Below, one piece after another: positions 8,817 through 17,265 of a stretch of 32,380 bases of DNA (its first letter is position 1; every line of letters begins with the position of its first letter). The DNA comes from Planctomycetota bacterium (GTDB lineage Bacteria > Planctomycetota > UBA1135 > UBA2386), in NCBI GenBank assembly GCA_947455805.1, contig CANGSN010000003.1:1-32380 (forward strand), written 5' to 3'. The notes under the pieces were generated by a model. It was not told the origin of the DNA. It worked only from the letters and a program-made list of their open reading frames with translations, and made no database searches. The translations under genes and the position numbers were made by a program.

Positions 8817-8830
8817 CGCCGGCGCACGGC
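8795..8830 (+). repeat. Direct repeat, left copy (3' end of the dioxygenase gene plus downstream bases)
   Basis: GCTAGCGGTCCGCTTCGGTTGACGCCGGCGCACGGC; 33/36 identical to 10642-10677, with a perfect 20-bp core at 8799-8818. Confidence 0.85.
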
Positions 8831-8896
8831 AGCACCTTTCGCCCAGCACGCTGGTCGCGACTGGTCGGTCGCTCGCAGCGTCGTTAGCCTTCGGCG

Positions 8897-10039
8897 ATGC
8901 AGATTCGCCGCCTCCGACTCGAGAACTGGAAGAACTTCCGGTCGGTCGACGTGGCCTTGTCGTCGCGCGTCTTCCTGGTCGGCCCGAACGCCGCGGGAAA
9001 GTCGAATCTGCTCGACGCGGTGCGGTTCCTCGGCGACCTGGCGCGTCCCGGCGCCGGCGGTCTGCAGGCCGCAGTCGCCAACGAGCGGCGCCAAGGCATC
9101 AGCCAGATCCGTTCGCTGCACGCGCGAGCACGCAGCGCCATCGTCGTCGAGGTCGAGATCGGCGACGCCGAGACCACCAACTGGACCTATCGCCTCGAGA
9201 TCGCCGGGGGCAAGCAAGGCGCCGTGGTCGCTCGTGAGCGGGTGGAGCACGACGGCACCACGATGCTCGATCGTCCGAACGCGAACGATCGCGACGACGC
9301 TGCCCTGCTGGGCCAGACGCACCTCGAGCAGTTGAGCGCCAACGGCAGGTTCCGGCCGCTGGCCGAGTTCCTGGCCCGCATCAGCTACCTGCACTTGGTG
9401 CCGCAGCTGCTGCGCGAACCGCAGCGCTTCGATCTGATCGGCAGCGATCCGCTCGGGTCCGATTTCCTGCGCCGCGTGGCCAACACGCCGACCAAGACCC
9501 GCGAATCGCGGCTGCGCGCCATCGAGAAGGCGATGCGTGTCGCAGTCCCGAGCCTGGCCCAGCTCGAGCAGATCCACGACAAGGCGGGCGTTCCCCATCT
9601 GCGTGGACGCTTCGAGCACTGGCGCCCGAACGCCGGCTGGCAGGACGAACGGCAGTTCTCGGACGGCACGCTGCGGCTGATCGCACTGCTGTGGATCCTG
9701 ATGGAGGACCAGGCACCGCTGCTGCTGGAGGAACCGGAACTGTCGCTGAACGGCGCCATCGTGCGCGAGATCCCGCGCATGCTCCACGCGGCGACGCGCA
9801 AGCGACCGCGGCAGATCCTCGTCAGCACCCACAGCGGCGACCTGCTCGCCGATCGCGGCATCGCCCTCGAGGAGATCCTGATGGTGACGCCAGTGCGCCA
9901 AGGCTCGAAGGTCGAGGTCGCCGCCAACCGCAAGGACGTGCGGGCCCTGCTCGAGGCCGGAGTCTCGCCTGCCGAAGCCGTGCTGCCGCACACGGAACCG
10001 GGCGCCATGAAGCAGCAGCCGCTGCCGTTCACGGCCTGA
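8897..10039 (+). CDS. ABC/SMC-superfamily ATPase (AAA_21/AAA_15-like), 380 aa
   Basis: N-terminal IRRLRLENWKNF, Walker A GPNAAGKS, signature-like FSDGT, Walker B LLLEEPE, H-switch STHS; no transmembrane partner gene. Confidence 0.88.
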   Translation: MQIRRLRLENWKNFRSVDVALSSRVFLVGPNAAGKSNLLDAVRFLGDLARPGAGGLQAAVANERRQGISQIRSLHARARSAIVVEVEIGDAETTNWTYRLEIAGGKQGAVVARERVEHDGTTMLDRPNANDRDDAALLGQTHLEQLSANGRFRPLAEFLARISYLHLVPQLLREPQRFDLIGSDPLGSDFLRRVANTPTKTRESRLRAIEKAMRVAVPSLAQLEQIHDKAGVPHLRGRFEHWRPNAGWQDERQFSDGTLRLIALLWILMEDQAPLLLEEPELSLNGAIVREIPRMLHAATRKRPRQILVSTHSGDLLADRGIALEEILMVTPVRQGSKVEVAANRKDVRALLEAGVSPAEAVLPHTEPGAMKQQPLPFTA

Positions 10040-10040
10040 G

Positions 10041-10616
10041 ATGGCGATCTGGACCCTGGCTGTCGAAGGCCCGTCGGACGAGGCCGTGGTCGCCGCAGTG
10101 CTGCGCGCGAACGGACACGACGTGGGAGTGGTGCACGGCAAGCGCGGCAAGCACCACCTCGACGGCAACCTGCGCGGTTATGCGCTCGCCGCGATGCACG
10201 CCCCGTGGCTCATCGTGCGCGACCTCGACCAGGACGCGGCCTGCGCGGCCGAGCTGCTGGCGGCGAAGCAACCCGGGGGACACCCAGGCTGCGTGCGCAT
10301 CGCCGTTCGCGCCATCGAAGCCTGGCTGCTCGCCGACCCCGCGAGCGCCCAATGGCTCGGTGTCGCCGCTTCCTTGCTGCCGCGGGATGTCGAGAGTCTG
10401 GAGGATCCGAAGGATGCCCTGGTCAACCTCGCCCGCCGCTCCCGTTCGGCGACGATCAAGGCGGACATCGTGCCTACCCTCAGCCGCTCGATCGGGCCGG
10501 GCTACGTGGACCAAGTGCGCACGTTCTGTGCTTCGCGTTGGCGGCCCGACGTCGCCGCTCGGCGGAGCGAGAGCCTGTCGCGCCTGATCCGCCACGTCCG
10601 GAGCCGGCAGTCGTGA
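10041..10616 (+). CDS. TOPRIM-like protein (DUF4276-like), partner of the ATPase, 191 aa
   Basis: VEGPSD glutamate motif, RDLD DxD motif, IEAWLLAD, DPK and terminal SESL; starts 1 nt after the ATPase stop. Confidence 0.75.
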   Translation: MAIWTLAVEGPSDEAVVAAVLRANGHDVGVVHGKRGKHHLDGNLRGYALAAMHAPWLIVRDLDQDAACAAELLAAKQPGGHPGCVRIAVRAIEAWLLADPASAQWLGVAASLLPRDVESLEDPKDALVNLARRSRSATIKADIVPTLSRSIGPGYVDQVRTFCASRWRPDVAARRSESLSRLIRHVRSRQS

Positions 10617-10641
10617 CTGGCTAGGGCCGGCGCGACGGCTC

Positions 10642-10677
10642 GCTCGCGGTCCGCTTCGGTTGACGGGGGCGCACGGC
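10642..10677 (+). repeat. Direct repeat, right copy
   Basis: GCTCGCGGTCCGCTTCGGTTGACGGGGGCGCACGGC; perfect 20-bp core at 10646-10665; still reads LAVRFG-stop like the dioxygenase C-terminus. Confidence 0.85.
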
Positions 10678-10692
10678 CGATAGCACCGCGGC

Positions 10693-11217
10693 ATGCGCAT
10701 CCACACCGCCCTGCTCTCGTCCTCGCTGCTGGCCATGCTCACGTCGTGCGCCGGCACTCCCGCCAACGACGACGTGAACATGCCGTTCGGCGCCGCCCCG
10801 ATGGGCGAGGTCGCGACGGCGCAACCGGCGAGCCCGTGCCTCGTGATGTCGCCGCAGACGATGCCGCTGCACTGGCACGACCGCGACGGTTCGGAGTGGG
10901 ACGGCGAACTCGAGATCGTCTGCGAGACCGACACCGCGCACGAGCAGATGGCCTGCGCCTGCATGATCGCGCGCTGGCCGCACGCGATCGAGCAGTGCCA
11001 GAACCTCGCCGAGCAGGCGATGATGGAGAGCGCCGCCGACGTCCAGCACATGACCGAGCACCTGCAGAAGACGCTCGACGAGGCGCTGTTCCCGTGCGAG
11101 ACAATGGGCAACGACCAGAAGCCGGTCGGCCGCGTGCGCGGTCTCAACTGGAAGGTGCTGCGCAAGCGCCGCAGCGGTCACACGTTCGACTACCAGCCCT
11201 TGCTGCGCCGCAACTGA
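10693..11217 (+). CDS. Hypothetical lipoprotein, 174 aa
   Basis: Signal peptide with lipobox LTSC; strong high-GC codon bias; Met/Cys/His-rich. Its 3' end overlaps the convergent yfiT by 28 bp. Confidence 0.75.
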   Translation: MRIHTALLSSSLLAMLTSCAGTPANDDVNMPFGAAPMGEVATAQPASPCLVMSPQTMPLHWHDRDGSEWDGELEIVCETDTAHEQMACACMIARWPHAIEQCQNLAEQAMMESAADVQHMTEHLQKTLDEALFPCETMGNDQKPVGRVRGLNWKVLRKRRSGHTFDYQPLLRRN

Positions 11218-11714
11218 GCGATGTGCGCCACGTGGTGGCTGCCGTGCCACGCGTAGAGCGCCACCAGGTCGTCGAGCGTCATCGCACCGCGTTCGCTGTG
11301 CACGCACGTCTTCGCGAACGCAGCAACCGGCAGCGTGCGCAGGCAGTGCACCCAGCGCTCGTGGATCGCCTGCACCAGCAGCAGCGACGTGCCGATCGGG
11401 CCGTTGGCGTCGGCGAGCCTGGCCCACTCGTTCTCGTCGTAGGCCTTGATCGGCGGCGGCGTCTTCTCGGTGATCGTCAGCTTGTGCCGCACGTACGCGT
11501 TGACGTGGCTGTCGGCGATGTGGTGCACGACCTGACGCAGCGTCCAGCCGCCGTCGCGGTAGGGCGTGTCGAGCTGCGCCTGGTCGAGGCCGCGCACGAC
11601 GTCGTGCAGCGCGTGCGGGATGCCGGCGATCGTGCTGATCGCCTGCGCGCGCGCGGCCGGCGTCAGCGTGCCCGGCAGTTCGATCTTGCCGATCGGGTAG
11701 CGCGGGTCGCTCAC
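11190..11714 (-). CDS. yfiT: YfiT/DinB-family metal-dependent thiol S-transferase (bacillithiol transferase-like), 174 aa
   Basis: DPRYPIG, LDTPYRDGGWTLRQVVHHIADSH, IKAYDENEWA, YAWHGSHHVAHI. GTG at 11714 overlaps the upstream TGA. Confidence 0.9.
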   Translation of the reverse strand: MSDPRYPIGKIELPGTLTPAARAQAISTIAGIPHALHDVVRGLDQAQLDTPYRDGGWTLRQVVHHIADSHVNAYVRHKLTITEKTPPPIKAYDENEWARLADANGPIGTSLLLVQAIHERWVHCLRTLPVAAFAKTCVHSERGAMTLDDLVALYAWHGSHHVAHIAQLRRSKGW

Positions 11715-12238
11715 GACTTCTTCTCCTCGACCTTCTGCGGCTCGACCACGACGAGTTCCGCGCCCTGATCGACGGTGCCGCCCTTCTGCGCCGTGACCTT
11801 GCGCACGACACCGGCGACGCCGGCCGTGAGCTTGTGCTCCATCTTCATCGCCGAGACGACGACCAGCGTCTGCCTGGCTTCGACGACGTCGCCCGGCTTG
11901 CACGCGACCTCGAGCACGGTGCCGGTCATCGGCGCGCGCACGACGCCGTCGCCGCCCGCAGCCCCACCACCGCGCCGCGCCGCCGGCGCTTCGAGCGTCC
12001 ACGTGCGGCCGTCGACGCGCACCATGTAGCCCTTCGCCAGCGACGCGCCGTAGGCGACGAACGCGCGGTCCGCACCTTCGCCGAGCGACTGCAGCTTCAC
12101 GCCGCCGTCGCCGAGCGCCTTCGCTTCGTACTCGTGCACGGTGTCGCCGATGCGCACGCGCCAGCGATCGCCCTCGAGGAACTCGGCGGTGACGGCGACG
12201 GTCTTGCCGTCGCGAACGAACTCGCGGGTGATCTTCAT
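11711..12238 (-). CDS. Biotin carboxyl carrier protein with N-terminal BT-like beta domain, 175 aa
   Basis: RAPMTGTV, AMKMEH biotinylation motif, VDQGAELV. ATG at 12238 overlaps the biotin carboxylase TGA. Confidence 0.88.
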   Translation of the reverse strand: MKITREFVRDGKTVAVTAEFLEGDRWRVRIGDTVHEYEAKALGDGGVKLQSLGEGADRAFVAYGASLAKGYMVRVDGRTWTLEAPAARRGGGAAGGDGVVRAPMTGTVLEVACKPGDVVEARQTLVVVSAMKMEHKLTAGVAGVVRKVTAQKGGTVDQGAELVVVEPQKVEEKKS

Positions 12239-13773
12239 CGTGCGCCCTCGAACAGGCGGAAGCCGCCCAACGTCTGCCAGACCGCGGTCGAACCGTTCGT
12301 GCCGCCGCCGCCACTCGCCGGCGCACCGCCATTGCCGCCGCTCTTGCCGAGCACCTGGCACAGCACCGCCGCCGCCAGCGTGTAGTCGCCGGGCGCCTGC
12401 TGCGGACCGGCCGCGAGCTCGGGCCGGTGCTTCAGCATGTCGGTCGAGATGTTCGCCGTGCGGAACGCTTCGTCGTCGACGACGCGGCGCAGGAAGTCGA
12501 CGTTGGTCGGGATGCCGAGGTAGACCATCTCGCGCAGCGCCTGGCTCAGGCGCGCACACGCGGTGGCGCGGTCGGGCGCGTGCACGACCAGCTTGGCGAG
12601 CATCGAGTCGTAGTAGGGCGGGACCTCCCAGCCGCTGTAGACGCCGCTGTCGACGCGCACGCCCGGCCCTTCGGCCTCGCGCACGAGCTTCAGCAGGCCG
12701 GCGGCCGGGATGTAGCCGGTCTCCGGCGACTCGGCGCAGATGCGCGCTTCGATCGCGTGGCCGCGCGGCCGCAGGTCGCGACCGGCGAGCAGCTGTTCGA
12801 GCTTGCCGCCGGCGGCGACGTGCAGCTGGAGGTGCACCAGGTCGACGCCGGTCACCAGTTCGGTCACCGGGTGCTCGACCTGCAGGCGCGTATTGACCTC
12901 GAGGAAGTAGAAGTTGCCCTTCGGATCGAGCAGGAACTCGGCCGTGCCGGCGTTGTCGTAGCCGACGCGCTTGGCCAGCGAGACGGCCGCCGCACCCATG
13001 CGCTGCCGCAGCGCTTCGTCGACCACCGCCGACGGCGCTTCCTCGAGCACTTTCTGGTGGCGGCGCTGCACCGAGCACTCGCGTTCGTGCAGCGACACGA
13101 CGTGGCCGTGCTGGTCGCCCATCAGCTGGATCTCGATGTGCCGCGCCGGGAACACCGCGCGCTCGAGGATCATGCGGTCGTCGCCGAACGACGCCTTCGC
13201 CTCGCGGCGACCGGCGGCCAGCGCCTCGGCGAGGTCCTCTTCGCGTTCGACCATGCGCATGCCGCGGCCGCCGCCGCCAGCACTGGCCTTGACCATCACT
13301 GGCATGCCGATCTTCTTGCCGAACTCGATCAGCGACGCATCGCCATGGTCCTTCTCGGTGCCCGGGATCACCGGCACGCCGGCCGCGATCGCCTCCTCGC
13401 GCGCCGCCTTCTTGCCGCCGAGCCGCTCCATCGCCTCGGGGTTGGGGCCGACGAACACGAGCCCCGCGTCGCGCACGGCCCTCGCGAACCCGCTGTTCTC
13501 GCTGAGGAAGCCGTAGCCAGGGTGGATCGCCTCGGCGCCGGTCTTCTTCGCCGCGGCGAGGACCTTTTGGATGTCGAGGTAGCTCTCGGCCGCGGTGTTG
13601 CCGCCGAGCGGCACCGCGTGGTCGGCCGCCTGCACGTGCGCGCAGCGGGCGTCGGCGTCGCTGTGCACCACCACCGACTCGATGCCGAGCTCGCGCAGAC
13701 CGCGGGTGATGCGCACCGCGATCTCGCCGCGGTTGGCGATCAGCACGCGGCGGAAGGGAGGGTTCTTGGCCAT
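12235..13773 (-). CDS. Biotin carboxylase subunit of an acyl-CoA carboxylase (PCC/MCC alpha-like), 512 aa
   Basis: VLIANRGEIA, HPGYGFLSEN, KASAGGGGRGMR, ERECSVQRRHQK, EVNTRLQVEHPVTE, YYDSMLAK. Confidence 0.93.
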   Translation of the reverse strand: MAKNPPFRRVLIANRGEIAVRITRGLRELGIESVVVHSDADARCAHVQAADHAVPLGGNTAAESYLDIQKVLAAAKKTGAEAIHPGYGFLSENSGFARAVRDAGLVFVGPNPEAMERLGGKKAAREEAIAAGVPVIPGTEKDHGDASLIEFGKKIGMPVMVKASAGGGGRGMRMVEREEDLAEALAAGRREAKASFGDDRMILERAVFPARHIEIQLMGDQHGHVVSLHERECSVQRRHQKVLEEAPSAVVDEALRQRMGAAAVSLAKRVGYDNAGTAEFLLDPKGNFYFLEVNTRLQVEHPVTELVTGVDLVHLQLHVAAGGKLEQLLAGRDLRPRGHAIEARICAESPETGYIPAAGLLKLVREAEGPGVRVDSGVYSGWEVPPYYDSMLAKLVVHAPDRATACARLSQALREMVYLGIPTNVDFLRRVVDDEAFRTANISTDMLKHRPELAAGPQQAPGDYTLAAAVLCQVLGKSGGNGGAPASGGGGTNGSTAVWQTLGGFRLFEGAR

Positions 13774-13826
13774 TTGCAGGCCGCGAACCATAGCGAGCGC
13801 CTCGCCCCATGGCATCCTTGCCTCCC

Positions 13827-14264
13827 ATGGCCTCACCGTCCGAGCCCACCACACCCCGCGAGCCCGAGATCGAAGCCCTGGGCCGCCTCGCACGGCGCTT
13901 CCTCTGGTGCCTCCGCGGCGTGTTCCTGCTCGCCGGCCTCGGCTTCGTCGGCTACGGCCTCATGAACCTGCTGCAGGGCCGCACCGGGCTCAGCGAAGTG
14001 ACCCCCGGCACGATGGTGACCGACCATCACATCGACGTCGTCTGGCTGTGCCTCGGCCTGCCGATGCTGCCGGCCGTCGACTGGACGTTGGGCCGCGGTC
14101 GCTGGCTCGTGCTCGCGGTGCTGGCGGCGCTGGTGGTGACGCCGGTGCTGCTCGGCGGCGACGACGACTACGGCTACATCATCCGCGCGTTCGCAGGAAT
14201 GGTGTCGCTGGCTTCGCTGGCGGTGTGGCGCACGGTGTGGAAGCTGACGACGCCGGTGACCTGA
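13827..14264 (+). CDS. Hypothetical membrane protein (about 4 TM helices)
   Basis: Four hydrophobic segments and good codon bias; alternative ATG at 13809. Confidence 0.7.
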   Translation: MASPSEPTTPREPEIEALGRLARRFLWCLRGVFLLAGLGFVGYGLMNLLQGRTGLSEVTPGTMVTDHHIDVVWLCLGLPMLPAVDWTLGRGRWLVLAVLAALVVTPVLLGGDDDYGYIIRAFAGMVSLASLAVWRTVWKLTTPVT

Positions 14265-14293
14265 CGACGCCGCCACATCCCGATCGCACGCCG

Positions 14294-14725
14294 ATGGACT
14301 TCGAACCTCCCGCCATCCTCGACCCCACGCTCGTTGGCAGCTACTCCGCAGTGGCGAAGGCGGGCGGCGGCTATGTGTGGGACGCCGTGCTGGAGTATCG
14401 CGTCTGGTGCCACCCGCACGACGGCGCGCCGGACGAAGCGGACGGCAGCGACTACTACCACGCGTTCGCGTCGTACGCCGAGGCCGCGGCCTTCGCCGCC
14501 AAGACGCCGGGCGCGGAGGAACCGTTGGCGCTGATCCGCCAGGACGAGTACCTCGACGAACCCGAGCCCGGTCGATTCGTGCACCGGCGCGAAGTTCGCG
14601 TCGCCGAGTGGCCGGTGGAGTTCCTGCGGCGACCACGGCGGACGGCACGCACGATCCCGGACTTCCTGTCGCCGGACGCGCCGCCGAACCGGCTCGACAT
14701 CCTGCGCGGGCTGGCGAAGCCGTAG
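14294..14725 (+). CDS. Conserved-looking hypothetical protein, 143 aa
   Basis: ATG at 14294; aromatic/acidic motifs GGGYVWDAVLEYRVWCHP, DYYHAF, EEPLALIRQ, EWPVEFL. Resembles a family I recall being loosely labelled GCN5 acetyltransferase, but I see no GNAT motif. Confidence 0.75.
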   Translation: MDFEPPAILDPTLVGSYSAVAKAGGGYVWDAVLEYRVWCHPHDGAPDEADGSDYYHAFASYAEAAAFAAKTPGAEEPLALIRQDEYLDEPEPGRFVHRREVRVAEWPVEFLRRPRRTARTIPDFLSPDAPPNRLDILRGLAKP

Positions 14726-14879
14726 GGAGCTTCCCGCACGGTGAGAACCACACTCTCTGCTCGTGCGCGGCATCCGCGTGTCGTGTCGTCGCGTCCTCCG
14801 TGCCCCCGGGACACGATCGGCGCCAGCTGACAAGTGACTTACCGTGGCTGGCGCTTCCGAGCGCATCGTGGCGTCGCCT

Positions 14880-15998
14880 ATGATCACGACCAACCCATTC
14901 CAGGAACGCTCGCCGAGGCACTGCCGTGTCTTCGCCGCGCTCGCCCTGGCTGCACTGACGAGCTGCGCAGCGCCCGACCAGGCCGCGACGCCGACCCTGA
15001 CTTCCTCTGCACCGCCCCCGCGACTGCGCTTCGAGACCGTTCGCTCGATCCTGCACGACAGCAAGGGCAACCTCTGGTTCGGCAGCTGGAACGAAGGCGT
15101 CGCGCGCTACGACGGCACGAGCGTGACCTACCTGACGACGAAGGACGGGCTGTGCCACGACCAGATCCGTTCCATCTACGAAGACAAGAACGGCGTCGTC
15201 TGGTTCGAAGGCGGTGCAGGCCTCTCCGGCTTCGACGGCAGCAAGCTCATCGCCCCAGGATCACGCGACTACGCAGCGAAGCAGCGCTGGGCGCTCGGCG
15301 ACGGCGACCTGTGGTTCAAGGACGACGGTGAGATGGGCGCCAACGCGCAGGAAGGCCAACCGGGCGTCTATCGCTACGACGGCACGACCTTCACCTACCA
15401 CGCCTATCCAGTGCCGGTCGAACCGACGCGGAACTCCGCCTATGCGACGACCGGCTTCGCGCGCGGCAAAGGCGGCCGGGTGTGGTTCGCGACCTATGGC
15501 GCCGTCTTCGGCTTCGACGGCACGGCGCTGACGACCCTCGACAACGAACGACTGCAGCGCACCGAAGCGAACGGCCGCATGCACTGCCGCTGCGTGTTCG
15601 AGGATCGCCGCGGCAATGTGTGGATCGGCAACAACGGCATCGGCGTGCTGCTCTGGGACGGCACGAACGTCACCGACTTCACCCAGCTGCACGGACTCGG
15701 CAGGGCCGGCCGGCAAGCCGGACGGATGACGCCAATGCCCGGCGACCTGCTCGGTGACGGCCCGTCGATGCACCGCGTGTTCTCGATCGGCGAGGACCGC
15801 GACGGCAACGTCTGGTTCGGCACCGTCGAGAGTGGCGCATGGCGCTACGACGGCAAGAATGTTCGCCACTTCGGAGCTGCCGAGGGGCTGACGACCAACG
15901 ACGTGTTCGGCATCTATCGCGATCGCAACGACGACCTGTGGCTCGCGGGCCACGGCGTCTTCCGTTGGAACGGGACTTCGTTCGAACGCGTGTTCTGA
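14880..15998 (+). CDS. Lipoprotein with Reg_prop-type beta-propeller repeats, 372 aa
   Basis: Lipobox LTSC; repeated I..D..GNLWFG...G...YDG units (DSKGNLWFG, EDKNGVVWF, EDRRGNVWIG, EDRDGNVWFG, RDRNDDLWL). Confidence 0.85.
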   Translation: MITTNPFQERSPRHCRVFAALALAALTSCAAPDQAATPTLTSSAPPPRLRFETVRSILHDSKGNLWFGSWNEGVARYDGTSVTYLTTKDGLCHDQIRSIYEDKNGVVWFEGGAGLSGFDGSKLIAPGSRDYAAKQRWALGDGDLWFKDDGEMGANAQEGQPGVYRYDGTTFTYHAYPVPVEPTRNSAYATTGFARGKGGRVWFATYGAVFGFDGTALTTLDNERLQRTEANGRMHCRCVFEDRRGNVWIGNNGIGVLLWDGTNVTDFTQLHGLGRAGRQAGRMTPMPGDLLGDGPSMHRVFSIGEDRDGNVWFGTVESGAWRYDGKNVRHFGAAEGLTTNDVFGIYRDRNDDLWLAGHGVFRWNGTSFERVF

Positions 15999-16022
15999 CC
16001 TACGCTGCGCGGAGGAGCACCG

Positions 16023-16493
16023 ATGCCCACCCGCGAACCGAGCGCCAGCGCGCAGTTGGCCAAGTCCCTGTCGCGCTTCCCGACCGACATCACGGCGCTG
16101 GCGAAGCGCTGTTTGCCGAAGCTGCGCCGCGCGTTGCCCGGCTGCAACCAGCTCGTCTACGACTATGCCGCGTCGCTGGTCGTGTCGTTCGGCGTCAGTG
16201 ATCGCGGATACGAAGCCATCGTCGCGCTCGCGGTGCAGAAGGACCGGGTTCGCTTGTACGTGGACAAGAACACGCCCGACCCCGATGGCCTGCTCGAAGG
16301 TGCGGGCGGCAAGGTGCGCAGCGTCACGCTGGCGAGTGCGGCCCAGCTCGACCGCGGCGCCGTGCACGATCTGATGCACGCGGCGATCGAACGCGCCGGC
16401 GAAGCGTTGCCACGCAGCGGCAAGCCGCGCACGATCGTGAAGTCGAACGCAAGCAAGCGCGGCAAGCGCAAGGCGAAGAAGCGTTCGTCGTGA
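16023..16493 (+). CDS. DUF1801/YdhG-like protein with basic C-terminal tail
   Basis: GGAGG RBS at 16011; LVYDY, V.LY, LPDP-like TPDPDGLLEGAGGKVRSV motif. Confidence 0.72.
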   Translation: MPTREPSASAQLAKSLSRFPTDITALAKRCLPKLRRALPGCNQLVYDYAASLVVSFGVSDRGYEAIVALAVQKDRVRLYVDKNTPDPDGLLEGAGGKVRSVTLASAAQLDRGAVHDLMHAAIERAGEALPRSGKPRTIVKSNASKRGKRKAKKRSS

Positions 16494-16547
16494 ACGACCG
16501 TGCGGCGCTGAGCACGACCGCATCCGCACCCACCTCCACCGCCCGCA

Positions 16548-17231
16548 ATGACGAAGAGCTCCCTGCACGGGTTCGGCGCCATCCTTTGCTCGGCGATCAC
16601 GAGCATCTGCGGCTTCTTCGTCGGCTACTTCACCGCCTTGTGGGGCTGCTACTTCGCGTTCCCGCTCGTCGGCCTGACTCCTGCCTCGCTCAGCGAATAC
16701 GAGCGGGGTAAAGCCCTGATTCTGATCTTCGCCATCAGCCTGGCCGGAGGGATTGCCGGAGCCATGCTGGCCTTCGCGCTCGCCGCCAGCCATTTCCGCA
16801 AGCAGAGGCTACGGTCACGGCCGGGCAGCCAGACTCCTCCGCGCTTGGAGCCAGCAAAGCCGAGCTCCGACCTCGAACTCGACCACATCGTGATCCGCTG
16901 CCGCGATCTCGATCGTTCGCGCGCGTTCCATGAGGCGCTGGGCATGGCGTTCGCGCGCGAACAGCACGGACGCGGGCCGCTGCACTACGCCTTTCGCCTC
17001 GGCACCGTGGTGCTCGAGCTGTATCCCGCCACCGGCGAGGCGAGCGCTCCGATCCGCATCGGCCTGCGGGTGCGCGACGTGCGCACCACCTTGGCAGCCG
17101 CGAGAGCAGCCGGAGGCACCGTCGTGCGCGACCACACAGATGCCGACGAGCCATCGGCCGTCGTTCGCGATCCCGACGGGCACGAGATCGCACTCACGGC
17201 CCTGACCACGAACGGTCCGCCGCCGGCATGA
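16548..17231 (+). CDS. Two-TM N-terminal region fused to a VOC/glyoxalase-family domain
   Basis: C-terminal LDHIVIRCRDLDRSRAFHEALG..F..EQHGRGPLHY, LELYP, VVRDPDGHEI; N-terminal ~80 aa hydrophobic. Confidence 0.75.
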   Translation: MTKSSLHGFGAILCSAITSICGFFVGYFTALWGCYFAFPLVGLTPASLSEYERGKALILIFAISLAGGIAGAMLAFALAASHFRKQRLRSRPGSQTPPRLEPAKPSSDLELDHIVIRCRDLDRSRAFHEALGMAFAREQHGRGPLHYAFRLGTVVLELYPATGEASAPIRIGLRVRDVRTTLAAARAAGGTVVRDHTDADEPSAVVRDPDGHEIALTALTTNGPPPA

Positions 17232-17265
17232 TGGTGCTGCAGCTCTGCAACTCCCGACGCTTCGC

